The notes under the pieces were generated by a model, which was not told the origin of the DNA, searched no databases, and worked only from the letters and a program-made list of their open reading frames with translations. Positions 38,911 through 51,402 of a stretch of 64,000 bases of DNA are shown piece by piece; position 1 is the first letter of the stretch; each line of letters opens with the position of its first letter. The DNA comes from Eledone cirrhosa (Eukaryota). Location: assembly GCA_964016885.1 (NCBI GenBank), contig OZ024745.1:77562001-77626000 (forward strand), in the 5' to 3' direction. The position numbers and the translations under genes were made by a program.

Positions 38911-40097
38911 ATACCAGGAGCAAATCATGGAATAGCTTAAATAGGGCTAGACATAAGATAGGGAAGGCCACATCATGGTACGACAACCAGAGATATCAGA
39001 GTGTCATGTTTGTGGACGCCACCCCTGGAGGGAAATTAGCTAACCAGTGTAGAAAGGCCCTGAGAAAGACCCACTTAAAAATAAAGGTGGTAGAAAAGCC
39101 AGGAACCACCATAAAATCCCTGATCAGCAAAACCTACCCTTTTAAGAAAACCCACTGTACCAATAGGAAGTGTATCATATGTAAGGTGAACCCCCGGATA
39201 AACTGTAAAACTAGAAACGTAGTCTATAGCATAAGATGTACAGAGGCTACTTGCAGAAACATGACAACAACATACATAGGTGAGACAGCTCGTAGCATAG
39301 GTGAAAGGATAGACCAACACTAGGGGGAACTAAAAGGACGAAAAAACGGGTCAGTACTATACGAATATGCTAGACAACAACATGACGGTAACATAGACAA
39401 CATAGAAATTAGAATAATATCTAAACATAGGAATGACCCAGCAGATAGGCAAATCAGAGAGGCCAGTGAAATAGAAGTTAGAAGACCAAAGCTAAACAGA
39501 AAGAATGAGTGGAACAACAACAACACCCAAACAAACAACACTGACCTAAGAGAAGTATAAATAAGTAAATAAAATTAAATAAAATAAGATAAATAAATAC
39601 ATACACAAGCACAATAACAACAAGCACATAAACACACACTAGTCACCCAGCAGACACAACACTATACACACTAGTCACACATCACACATAACACTATACA
39701 CACACGCAAACGCATGCGCAAAGAAGACAAAAAAAAAATAAAATAAGATAAACAAACAAGCAAATAAATAAATAAATATATAGACAGACTGAATAAAAAA
39801 TGGCGTAGGCATACAACACAACAGGAGGAACAATGAATATAACACCACTGATGATGTTGCAGATGTGCAACGAAAGATTTATGTAAATTATGTAAACTAT
39901 ATATATATATATGTGTTTGTGTCTATATTGTATCTGTATTATTTTTGACCGCCGGTCAGTCAATGGCAACATTGAGGACCGAGTAAGTTAGATCGCAGAT
40001 ATAATAAAAGACAGCGAGAAGCGAAAACCAACCAAACAGTGAGTGTGTTCTGTTATTAATTCTGGCAATATTACGCAAATATGACCCTCCCCAAGTA
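38911..40097 (+). mobile_element. 5'-truncated Penelope-like element (Naiad-like): linker, Zn-knuckle, GIY-YIG, 3' UTR with hammerhead
   Basis: SWY...YQSVMFVDATPGGKLA, IKVVEKPG, CTNRKCIIC...NCKTRNVVYSIRC...C...YIGETARSIGERIDQH. A single TAG at 39321-39323, then the same frame continues (DPADRQIREA..I...LNRKNEW) to TAA at 39560. Clade assignment from recalled motifs. Confidence 0.88.
39843..39886 (+). ncRNA. Hammerhead ribozyme motif, stem I weak
   Basis: CTGATGA t gttgca gatg tgcaac GAAA gatt TA. Confidence 0.6.
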
Positions 40098-40517
40098 TAT
40101 ATATATATATATAGTATACATAATGTTTCATACACTTAACATGTATATATTACAATTATATATATATATATATATATATACACATGTATGTGTATGCATG
40201 TGAGAGAGAGAGAGAGTATCTATTATATCTGTAACGTAAGCATGTATACATGTATATATATATATATATATATGTGGTTCTGGTGTATATATGAATGCGC
40301 TTGGTTAATGTACATTAATGCTGAACATTGCCTTTTTACTAAGTTTTGTTTAGAAAAATCTTTGTAAAGCAATGCGGCATGATTGTTGACTTTGTAGAGC
40401 CATATGTTTTAGCAATTGCTTCTTCAAATGGATTTCATTCGTTATTGCTCACATCTTGCAGTTTTCTTTTGAGAGCAACGTACAGCAACTTTTGAAACAT
40501 TTGTTATTTCATATAAA

Positions 40518-40566
<49 letters not shown>

Positions 40567-41012
40567 CTGTTTGAATAGTTACGTTAATGTTTGATATTTT
40601 TTGTAGAGTGTTGGTATTAATCAATTTTAATAGTTATTTAATCCGTTTTATATTTGCTGTTTATTTCGGCTTTTCTGTTTGTAATTTTGGTGCCTTTTGT
40701 AGACATGAAATCCTTTATGTTTCAAGTTTGAAGTAAGTTTTCTTCCCTCAATCTGATTTTATTCTGTCTATCACGCTATATATCTGGGCGCAACATGGCC
40801 GAATGTTTATGTGGTTAGGTTTTCAATGATTAAGTTGCGGGTTCGATTCCACTGCGTGTCATTTTCCGTATCCTGTATATATACAGAGGCCGGCCGGCCT
40901 CCTGTACGAAGAAAAGAAAATCTCTTTCGGGGAAGTTATTGGATTTCTTTCAAATTTAAAGGTTTTTATTTTTAAGGGACCTTTCAATGATTTCAAGTTT
41001 TTATAGGTTTTA

Positions 41013-41070
41013 CCGTCTGAAGAGCTCAGGCTATCATAACTAATAGTCCTTAGTGATATATGTATAACCG
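41013..41070 (+). ncRNA. Decayed hammerhead motif
   Basis: ccgt CTGAAGA gctc agg ctat cataacta atag t cct tagt GATA tatgta TA accg; GAAA mutated to GATA. Confidence 0.5.
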
Positions 41071-41117
41071 AGTTTTAAATTAACCCAAATCAACTGATTA
41101 TGGCCTCCGATCTTTTA

Positions 41118-41321
41118 ATAATAATAATAATAATAATAATTGTTTCTACTTTTGGCACAAGGCCAGCAATTACTCAGTACATTACTGGTACGTTATTTTA
41201 TCGACCCCGTAAGGATGAAAGGCAAAGTTAACCTCGGCGGGATTTGAACTAAGAATGACAAGGGCCGTAACTCCATGCGTCAAAGCTTGGCGTCCGACCC
41301 CCTACCGATACTGCCAATCCA
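41118..41321 (-). mobile_element. SINE family 1 copy with (TTA)n tail
   Basis: Reverse complement of the family consensus. Confidence 0.9.
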
Positions 41322-41407
41322 CATAATTTATTCGAGCGAAATTGGGTAGACAGAAACAGTTTGGAAGCCCGTCGGCTGAGCTGAACCTGTAATTCTAAAA
41401 ATCCTAC

Positions 41408-41530
41408 CTTGTCACACACTGTGTTGCATTGAATCGCCATGAGAATAATGGTAAGAGTACACAGGTCTGCAGAATGCTCAAGCACATACACGTTCATTTC
41501 ATGGACACGGCTGTTCTGTTGATGCAATAA
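41408..41530 (-). CDS. Candidate internal coding exon (LLHQQNSRVHEMNVYVLEHSADLCTLTIILMAIQCNTVCDK)
   Basis: Acceptor ttttcgactattccag, donor aag|gtagga, 123 nt, open only in phase 0, non-repetitive and GC-richer than flanks. Confidence 0.4.
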
Positions 41531-44015
41531 CTGGAATAGTCGAAAATTACGGAGATCCATCAATGCAATAAGAATTAGAAATTTTAAGTTTTATCTATAT
41601 ATTCAAATGGCACCAGATAATATTATTTTACGGTTTTTTAATGATATAAAGCTGTTGTAACAGAGAACGATACTGGAATGTTAATTAACTAGCTAATGTT
41701 AAATCTCACGTTACAAGTGGTTACGAGTTTAATTTATATGTGTATGACCGCATATTTAAGATATTCGATAAGTTACATCATTCTTTATTTTATAATCCTG
41801 GAGTACAGCCATGTCCATGGAAATTGTTGTAAATGTGTACGATCTCACATATATTTTACTATAATATTGAGTTTCTTAAGACGTTAAACAATATAAAACA
41901 ATCGAAAATTTAGCATTTTGTATACAATACGTAAGCAATTGTTATCCCCATGAATGTACAAACTTACCATTTGAAATGGGTATTTTTCAGCTTAGTAGAA
42001 ATTTTGAAAACATATACTCGTGTATGATATAGCCCTTCCTTTTACTCTTAAATTCTATTTTAAATCATTCGCATTATACACAAAGAGGCACTATACAGAA
42101 TGTTTCCCCATAATGTACATATACACACTTTTAAGAGAATGTTGTTGAAGTGTGTATATATTTTTGAGGATATCCTGTTTGGGACACCGTAGTTTGCTGA
42201 ACATTGGTCTAAGGAAAATCATAAAATAGCTAAAATACAGGTGGTAAAATAATTCTGCACGTATGGATATACACACATTTATATATACATACAAATACGT
42301 GCTCTGCTATGTCATTACATGGCATCTTACATATCAAGATTGAATACTAGTTACGTTGGTAGGTAGCTTCTCACAGATACTAAAATACTTTAACATGGTA
42401 GCGCTTGTACTAAAATGATTATCAAAACATACATTTGCGCGTCAATGGAGTCCCGATATAAAAAAAAATAATTCTAGAAATGATTACGTTATATAAAAAG
42501 ATAATTAAGTGAAAAATAATTTATATAAAAATAACGATGAAAATATAAAATAATAAAAATAATAAAATTAGTAATAAATAATTAAAAAATACATAGAGAT
42601 TAATTCGAAGGAAAAAAATGAACATATATGTTTAGCTTCTTATGTATGCATACGTATACTGTATGTCATTGTGTATGTATGTGTATAGACATGTGTGTGA
42701 TTATATTTCCCAAGAAACACGCCGATATAATAAAAATCTGTTAAATAGTATATATATAAATATAAAATAGACAGATGAAAGATAATTATAAATATTTTAA
42801 GATATTTTAAGAACGAAGTCTGGAAGTGTTAGAAGGTAAGAAAAAAAACTCTGTAACAAACAACACGTTGTTAACATTTGTAATACAGAACTTTATGGTG
42901 AAGTTATATATTTATATTTTGTATATTTTTGCTTGCCGCACTAGTTTTAGTTCTTTCTTATAATAATGTCGTTTGGGCGGTTCTTCTGCTTCTCCTGTCA
43001 GACGTTTCCGGTCAAATATATTCTCGTCTGCTTCTTACCATTTAGATAATAACCGTCTGTGCACAGTGTGTAGTCTGCAGATGCAATGTTGCTATTTATA
43101 TAACTGGCATTAAATTCAATATCATGTAATTTCTAACAACTTATAGGCGCTACGCAATGTGTTCTTGTTAATTTCATTTTTTTTTATTCACAGCGTATTA
43201 TTAAGTAAACAAAGGGGGCGGTGAATGACAGAATCAGTTGAGTACCGGAGAAACTATCATGTGATATTAAGTTATGCCCCATTTGATTCTTAATTCAAAT
43301 CGGCAGAGGTAAAACATGCCTTCTTCTCCGGACTGATAACAATTAATAGCACTTTAGTAGGAATCGGTTTAATCAAATATTCTTGTCCCATATACATTCG
43401 TGGATTTGTGCCAATGTAAAAAAAAAAAATCCTTAATGCAAAAGATATATTCCCATCAATGCGAGGTCGTGATGTGGTTTCAAACCTTATTTAAAGTAAT
43501 TTGTTTTAAGAGGGAATATTGCTAGAAAAATTTTGATAAATAAATTTAAATTTTGACTCTATATATTCTTTCCTTAAAGCCTAGCTAAGTCAACTTTGGT
43601 TTTCATTAATTTAGAGGTTCATAAAATATGTATGTCGTTAATGACATTGGGAAACAGATCAAAACATTAATTTTCTCATCTTTTATAAATTATATAAAAA
43701 AAATCATGTATCTTTGAATAACAAAAACCGTGGAACGATAACTTTTCGATGTATGAATTGAACAAAATGGTTTCGGTTCCCTGTTCGAACCATTTGAATT
43801 CTTAAAAAGAACATAAACAATCACCTACTATTTTTTCTATCCTAAATAAAAATTTTGGTTATCGAAATGATTAGCTTAGTGTCATAGAATTCGGTTCAAC
43901 AAGGATCCGTATATACACAGCAGGGAGGCAAAGCCACCAGTGGTTACGTAAAGTCTCTATTAATGATAAGATTAACTCCATGCATGTGTAAAGAATGTTT
44001 GAAATATACATATTT

Positions 44016-44211
44016 CAGACTGCCAAACTCTAAAAACCAAAACGGGGAGTACCATGAAAAAAAGTGCCCCCAAACGGGAAGAAATGAGGAAAAATGGGTA
44101 GATTTTTTCATAATGAAAGTTGTACCCATTTTCGCAAGAGAAGACATCTCTCACCCACCCCAAAGTGGGTGGTAGATCTCCCCCGTCAGGTGGGGAGAAT
44201 TGACACGTCTT
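44016..44211. mobile_element. MITE, SINE-free copy of the 28750-29058 element
   Basis: Reverse-complement similarity across the full length; cagactgccaaactc / gagaattgacacgtct ends. Confidence 0.75.
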
Positions 44212-44502
44212 ATATTGTATAGAAATATGCATTGTTTTCAGGAAAGACAATACTTATTTTAATCACTTAGAATAAACAGTTTCATTCTTTTATGAAAAAT
44301 ATCTGAAAAACGATAATTGTTGTTTGATTACATTTTGATTTGCTTTTTCATGAAATAAATATTGCTCATTTCCTTATTTATATTGGTAGATAACTTACTA
44401 TCTGCATAATAAGTTAGTTTCGTTCATACATACACTGATTAATTGATTGTATCTTATAGTTGGAAAGGTATAAGTCAAAATGTCAGTTTTGGTGGAATTT
44501 GA

Positions 44503-44862
44503 TAATAATTGTTTCTTCTTTAGGCACAAGGCCAGCAAATACCCAGTGCATTACTGGTACTTTATTTAATCGACCCCGTAAGGATGAAAGGCAAAGTCAA
44601 CCTCGGCGGGATTTGAACTCAGATCGTAAAGGGACGTAACTATGCTGGAAAGATAATAATGGTTTCTGATTTAGGCACAAGATCAACAATTTTTGGGAAG
44701 GGGAAAGTAGAATAAATCGGCCCCAGTGATTTACTGGTACTTTATTTTATCGACCCCGTAAGGGTGAAAGGTAAAGCTAACCTCGGTGGGATTTGAACTC
44801 AGAACGTAAAGGGCCATAACTCTATGCTGCAAATAATAGTCTGACGCTCTACTGATCGGGCC
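44503..44862 (-). mobile_element. Two adjacent SINE family 1 copies (short and long variants)
   Basis: 44503-44652 truncated short variant; 44653-44862 variant with the extra ggggccgatttattctactttcccc segment. Confidence 0.88.
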
Positions 44863-45263
44863 ATGCTTTGTAATAATCATCAAACTTTCTCTGGCAAACT
44901 ACAGACTAATTTGAGAGCCTATGTAAACACTATGTAGCTTTACGATGAGTGTGACATTGCCTACAACATAACGCCATGCAGTTTACCGGACACAGCAGAT
45001 CTTAATATAATTCGACCAAATATACTACTCAACACTAACGCAATCATTTCAGATCTATTAATTCAAATTCAACCAACGAGTGGATGGCATTAATCGCTAT
45101 TAATAGGAAACATGATACGAATATCCGAATTCTTTTCATTACATTTATGTGTTAAATTTCACATTCACAAAAGAGCAACCTACTAGATCAGTAGCAAGAT
45201 AATGGCTGATAATGTGATAACAAAGCAAATAAATTGTTTGACCCTTTTAGTAACAAACCATAC

Positions 45264-45365
45264 CTGGTTCAATGATACAAAACTATTTGTCTTAAAGTCT
45301 TTATATTTTTTATAAAAGCTTTCAATTTTATTTGTTTGTAAAAATAAATATAATGTTTGACACAC
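45264..45365 (-). CDS. Candidate internal coding exon (VCQTLYLFLQTNKIESFYKKYKDFKTNSFVSLNQ)
   Basis: Acceptor cttttgcattgttaagcag, donor cag|gtatgg, 102 nt, open only in phase 0 despite very high AT content. Confidence 0.35.
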
Positions 45366-45706
45366 CTGCTTAACAATGCAAAAGCTAGATATTATACTGA
45401 ACCTCTTCAAATTCTTGTTTATTTTAGAAATTAAGCGAAAATCTGAGGAATTCCTTTCTCATTAGAAATATGGTGTGAGATATGTGGTGACGTTGTTTTA
45501 TTTTTATTTTTGTAAACATACAAAAAGTGAGATTCACACAGTCGAGCAGGAATTAGAACACGTGATATCCATGATTCTCTCTTGAGCATAAGCCAGGCTA
45601 ATTATATCTCTCTTCTGACTTAAGAATTGTCTACGAATGGTTCTTGTTTTACAGTTGGATCACACTTATTATAATGCTGCAACAAAAATATTTCTATAGG
45701 AACCTC

Positions 45707-45826
45707 CTCAGTGACTGATTTTTTATTTTGTGTCATCACCATCTTGTTTTGGTGTGTTAAGATGGTATAGGACATCACAGGGACACAAAATAACAAATCA
45801 GTCACTGAGAAAGTCACAGAATGTGT
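45707..45826 (+). repeat. Decayed fold-back related to the 10621 hammerhead family
   Basis: ctcagtgactgattt.../...aaatcagtcactgag inverted arms; cagtcactgagaaagtcacagaatgtgt resembles cagtcactgaagaggtcacagagtgtgt. Confidence 0.5.
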
Positions 45827-46058
45827 ATTTCTATCGGAAGTGTTCCTTAAATTAAAGCTGATAAACCTACTAGCAGCTTAAGAGCAACATAATCTAGAGA
45901 ATTACAGGTTTGAATTGAAATCATTTAAAAGTGAGTCTAATCGTCATTAAAGATTGTTCTATTCATTTTTACAAAAGTTGAATTCGTAAAATTGAAATGA
46001 AAATATCTCTATAACACTTTGAGCTCGCGGTAGATCCTCTACTTCCACTATATATATA

Positions 46059-46094
<36 letters not shown>

Positions 46095-46105
<11 letters not shown>

Positions 46106-46751
46106 GTGTATTTTGCAATACACTTTATGCTTAATTAAAAGCATTTTGAAGACCGTATGCTATTGTTTTAGAGTAGTGACAGACTCACTTACTTTAATTT
46201 CAGCAAACAGGGGGAGATAAAGCTGACAAGGCCTTGTTTCTGCATTTATTGATGCTTATCAAAGCCAACTACTCCTGTTTGCTGAAATTAAAGTAAGTGA
46301 GTCTGTCACTACTCTAAAACAATAGCATACGGTCTTCAAAATGTTTTTAATTAAGCATAAAGTGTATTGCAAAATACACTATATATACATTCATATATAT
46401 ATGGCTATTTCAGAGCACCAATTCTAATTTTTAATTTCTGCTTGACCGGCAACCGCTCTGTATAATCAGTTCCTGATTATTTACTAGAATTCTATAAGAA
46501 AATAAGATCCGTAATTTCAGCAGACGGGAGGAGTAGTTGGATTTGATAAGCATCAATAAATGCAGAAACAAGGCCTTGTCAGCTTTATCTCCCCATGTTT
46601 GCTGAAATTAAAGTAAGTGAGTCTGTCACTACTCTAAAACAATAGCATACGGTCTTCAAAATGTTTTTAATTAAGCATAAAGTGTATTGCAAAATACACT
46701 ATATATACATTCATATATATATGGCTATTTCAGAGCACCAATTCTAATTTT

Positions 46752-46752
<1 letters not shown>
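46095..46752. mobile_element. Retrozyme/pLTR-like module: 320-nt tandem unit plus inverted copy, two variant-core hammerheads
   Basis: 46276-46432 repeats at 46596-46752; ~46095-46275 is inverted; motifs at 46221-46266 (-) and 46539-46584 (+). Confidence 0.82.
46221..46266 (-). ncRNA. Hammerhead motif with U3-A8 core
   Basis: ggct TTGATAA gcat caataa atgc a GAAA caaggccttg TC agct; 12-nt palindrome ACAAGGCCTTGT. Confidence 0.65.
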
Positions 46753-46771
<19 letters not shown>

Positions 46772-46784
<13 letters not shown>

Positions 46785-47000
46785 GTGTCTGAATGTATCA
46801 GAGTACAGACACATACAAGCATATGTGTTTTATTCAACGACGCCAAGATGAACCAGCAAGTGCATGTGTGTGTCTGTGTGTGTGTGTGTGTGTCTGAATG
46901 TATCAGAGTACAGACACATACAAACATATGTGTTTTATTCAACGACGCCAAGATGAACCAGCAAGTGCATGTGTGTGTCTGTGTGTGTGTGTGTGTGTGT
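46772..47000. repeat. Tandem duplication of a ~105-nt unit bounded by (GT)n
   Basis: ctgaatgtatcagagtacagacacatac...gaaccagcaagtgcatgtgtg occurs twice. Confidence 0.9.
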
Positions 47001-47569
47001 GAGCGAGAGAGTGAGAGAGAGAGAGAGCGTGGGGGAGAGTGAAAGAGAAATGGATGGAATATACTTTTGGTAGACAGTGATGAAGACCAGATTTTCGTCA
47101 TTACTTTGAAGTGACTGATGTAACAAATAATTAACAGAAGTAGGAAAGTGACATGTGACCGGATTTAGGTTTGTTTCCTACTTTTCTAGCGTATGTCATA
47201 GTTGTAATCTCATTTGATGTTATTTATGCACTAAAATTCATAAGAAAATACAAAAATGTTGATGAGCAACTGTCAACAGGGAAACATAAGACATTTTGGT
47301 ACTTTATGTAATAGTTGTAGATTTTAGAAAGATTAAACATTTAAAATTCTATGACAATAAAAGTAATTGAATTGTTTTTGAATATACAAACAAATTGTTA
47401 AAAACAGGAATATTGATTTTACACTTTAGCATATGGTCACATAAAAGATTAATGTAGGTAATTGTATCAATGTCAGTATAAATCTGATATATTTTTAGTT
47501 AAAATTTTCTTTAAGAAAAATGAATATTAAGAAAAATGAATATTAAAAATGAAATTTAAGAAAAATGAA

Positions 47570-47722
47570 TAATAATAATTGTTTCTACTTTAGGCACAAG
47601 GCCAGCAAATTGTTTTTTGGGGAAGGGACAGTGATTGATTCGATCCCAGTGCGTGACTGGTACTTTGTTTTATCAACTCCATAAGGATGAAAGGCAAAGC
47701 TAACCTCAGAACGTAAAGGCCC
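47570..47722 (-). mobile_element. SINE family 1 partial copy
   Basis: ttgtttctactttaggcacaaggccagc...aaggatgaaaggcaaagctaacctc. Confidence 0.8.
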
Positions 47723-48194
47723 GTTTTTTTCGCCCAAATTTTATAAGTTGTGTTTTCATTTTAGGCTAGTGTTGCAGTGAAATATGCATATATAATAGAA
47801 ACATATACCCCATCCTGTACATTTATTTCTTTTCCATTTTATTTGTGGCACTTGAGGAGTATAATTCGGCCCATCATTTAAAATGTCATAATTTTTGTCG
47901 GTTACCAGAATTTTAGCTTCTACTTTTGTACGTGTTTGCATGTATAGGTCCATACATTTAAAGAGCATTTGCTTTTTGCAGAATTATACGGTAATTATCT
48001 GCTTTATCTTTAGTGTTTGTTGTATTCATCTGTAATTGTTTTGTCTTTTTATCTATCTTTCGTTACGCACGTGTTTCCATAATAAAACATTTGTAATATG
48101 TCAACAATCAGTACATTTTATGTGTTACTTACATGCATCGGTTTTCGTTGTTTTCTCACTTTTGTAATATTGTTGATATTTAGTTTTATTATTC

Positions 48195-48847
48195 GGGTAG
48201 TATCGGTAGAGGATCGGACGCCAAGATTTGCAGCATAGAGTTATGGCCCTTTATGATCTGAGTTCAAATCCCGCCGAGGTTAACTTTGCCTTTCATCCTT
48301 ACGGAGTCGATAAAATAAAGGATCAGTCACGCACTGGGGTCGATTTTGTCGACATTCCCCTCCCCCAAATTGCTGGCCTTGTGCCTGTATAAGAAACCAT
48401 TATTCGGGGGTTCTTCTTCTTCTTCTTTGCGGTGGATTGACAGTATCTGTAGAGAATCGAACAAAATGTCTAGCTACGACTTTCTACCTTCTGAGTTTAG
48501 ATTTGCTTTTCATCCTTACGGGGGTGGCTAAAATAAAGTACGCACTAGGATCTATTTAATCGACTTTCCTCTCTTTTCAAATTGCTGGCCTTGGGCCAAA
48601 CGCAGAAATGATTAATATGTTATACTCAATCTATATTTTGATTTATTGTTAAATTTTGTATGGCAGAGATAATTGTTTCTACTTTAGGCACAAGGCCAGC
48701 AATACCCAATGCATTACTGGTACTTTATTTTATCGACCCCGTAAGGATGAAAGGCAAAGTCAACCTCGGCGGGATTTGAACTCAGATCGTAAAGGGACGT
48801 AACTATGCTGGAAAGCATGGCGTCCGACCTCTACCGATACTGCCAAT
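48195..48847. mobile_element. Cluster of three SINE family 1 copies (48195-48402 +, 48428-48612 +, 48669-48847 -)
   Basis: Direct match to the family consensus. Confidence 0.88.
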
Positions 48848-49545
48848 GTTATGTACTTATATTTAGAGGAAAAATATTTGAATCTAATATTTCCGCCTTT
48901 ACGTTATACTAGAAATCGCATTTACGGACAATACAGTATATAATAAAATAGTTTTTTTTCTAATATCAGTCACTTTGCCAACTGATGAAGAGTCGATATA
49001 CGTCTATAGATGTTTATATATGTTGCCTGCCAGGGATATTGTAATAAATCTCCCAAAGTACCTCAGTATATATATATTTAGTTGAATATATAATCTTTGC
49101 TTATTTTTCATGTGTCATATCCTACGCATTACTTATGTATTAATATATGTATGTATAGATGTGCACACACACATAAACATACGTTCAACAACATACATTT
49201 ATAATGTATCATAGATTTAGAATATGATAAAATGAACGGTTTTACTCTTCTTGTCGTTTTTAAACGCTTGAGTTATATAAAACAACTGTCTTGTTAATAG
49301 AGGCTGAGAAAGATGACGAAGGAAAGCAACAGAAAACTTGAAAAAGAACAAGAAATATTACAAAATAAAAAACAAACGAAAGAATATTAGAAGAAAATAA
49401 TTTATGAGCAAATACAAGAATACAGATACACAGCACATAATAGAAAAACATATGTACAAAAAACTGAAGTCAAATGAAGATGAAAATACATATACTTATG
49501 AGTAAATATACCACACACACACACACACACACATAAATATATACA

Positions 49546-49788
49546 CAGGGGCGGGTATTTCTGAATTGAGGGGGGGGGGGGAAATTTGGTCAATTTAGTT
49601 ATAGTGATTAGTTTCGTTATTTGCACCCTAAAATGGCTGAAAAATTCGTTATGCGATAAACAACATTTATATAAATTGTAACGCATATCCAAATAGATGT
49701 GTGTTCTGGTAGTTTGGGGAGAAAAATATTAAATTATTGGGAGGGGGCATGCCCCACCTCCTGGCTCCCTCCAGTTCCACCACCTCTG
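49546..49788. mobile_element. Possible hAT-like MITE
   Basis: cagggggcgg start, ccacctctg end, G-rich and C-rich subterminal tracts; TIR imperfect and no clear TSD. Confidence 0.4.
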
Positions 49789-49933
49789 ATTATATATATA
49801 TATACATAAACATTTATGGTCTGTATCCATTCCTAAGGGGTTAATATATCGAACTTCTTCACACTTGGTGAGAAACTGGTATTATACCTAAATTATTCAT
49901 CTATCTATTTATCTATCGATATATATATATATG

Positions 49934-49997
<64 letters not shown>

Positions 49998-50067
49998 CTA
50001 ATTTATTATGGCTATTAGTGAGTGTTATTACTCTAAAGTTTCACTTGCTCCCTCACAGGATCACCAG

Positions 50068-50118
50068 TCTTGTCTGATGATCTAGTGAGTACGCAGGTGA
50101 AATTCCAGAGTAACAAGG
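50068..50118 (+). ncRNA. Hammerhead motif within a diverged fold-back (50000-50142)
   Basis: tcttgt CTGATGA tctagtgagtacgcaggt GAAA ttccagag TA acaagg; the two arms together suggest an ancestral palindrome actctagagt. Confidence 0.65.
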
Positions 50119-50471
50119 CTCATAACTTAGCCATAATGAATGAGTATTTCCCCTCTATATATCTATATCTATCTCTACCAACCTCCCTTCTATATATAAA
50201 TCACCACTACACTCTCCCACTATCTATATCGACCATACAACACTCTCTCCCAATCCCCTCTCTATATCTACTACACGGAACCTCTTCGAATACCCCTCTC
50301 TATATCAGTTGCCACCAATCTATCCCCCTCTCTATATCTACCATCCCAAACTCACTCATTCCCTCTCACTTTATCCATCATAATCAAACTCTCCCCCTCT
50401 GTATATCTATCAATATCTATCTCTATCAACCCTCTCACTCTATTCATTATCACCATACACTCCCATGCATA

Positions 50472-50763
50472 ATTGCAAAACGAATCGAATATTATTATTA
50501 TTCGAAAAACTCAGATTACATTTATTGTATTCAGCCATTAATCGCTCGTATACATGAAACTGACTGGCCTATCTGCTGATTATCTTTTTTCGCTCTAACA
50601 TAGCGGATACGTAAATGTATTTGTGAGTTTTATATCGAATAATAATAATATTCGGTTCTTTTGCAAGCAAACATCGTCACACGCTATGTGTTTTAGATGA
50701 ACATCGCCATCCTTTGCTTCCAAACGAATCAAATATTATTATAATTCGATATAAAACTCGTGA

Positions 50764-50768
<5 letters not shown>
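50472..50768. repeat. Three-arm inverted-repeat module
   Basis: aaacgaatcgaatattattattattcga (~50478) is inverted at ~50625-50665 and direct at ~50722-50760. Confidence 0.6.
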
Positions 50769-50838
<70 letters not shown>

Positions 50839-50919
50839 CACATATGTATATGTTTCTGTATAACATACGGGCATACATCTGTGCATACAGCGTTAAATAC
50901 ATCTGTATGTATGTACGTA

Positions 50920-51182
<263 letters not shown>

Positions 51183-51363
51183 TTAGAGCAAACATCACGG
51201 GCGCTCTATCTCAAAATTATTTTTGAAAAGCATTAGAAATGCGCAACCGGTAAAACTTAAAACCAAAACTGAATACTAACCAATACTATTACTAATTTTT
51301 ACTTATTCCTAATTAAACTATTTTTCACTGGGAACAATTTGTCAGCATTTTGTTTTCCTTTTA

Positions 51364-51402
<39 letters not shown>

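Noticed and set aside
39321-39900. Selenocysteine recoding in the Naiad-like element
   Set aside because: The in-frame stop is TAG, not TGA, and no SECIS fold was visible in the 3' UTR.
47756-47968. ORF containing DILNDGPNYTPQVPQIKW
   Set aside because: Faint resemblance to a Penelope N-terminal motif, but too short and disrupted to call.
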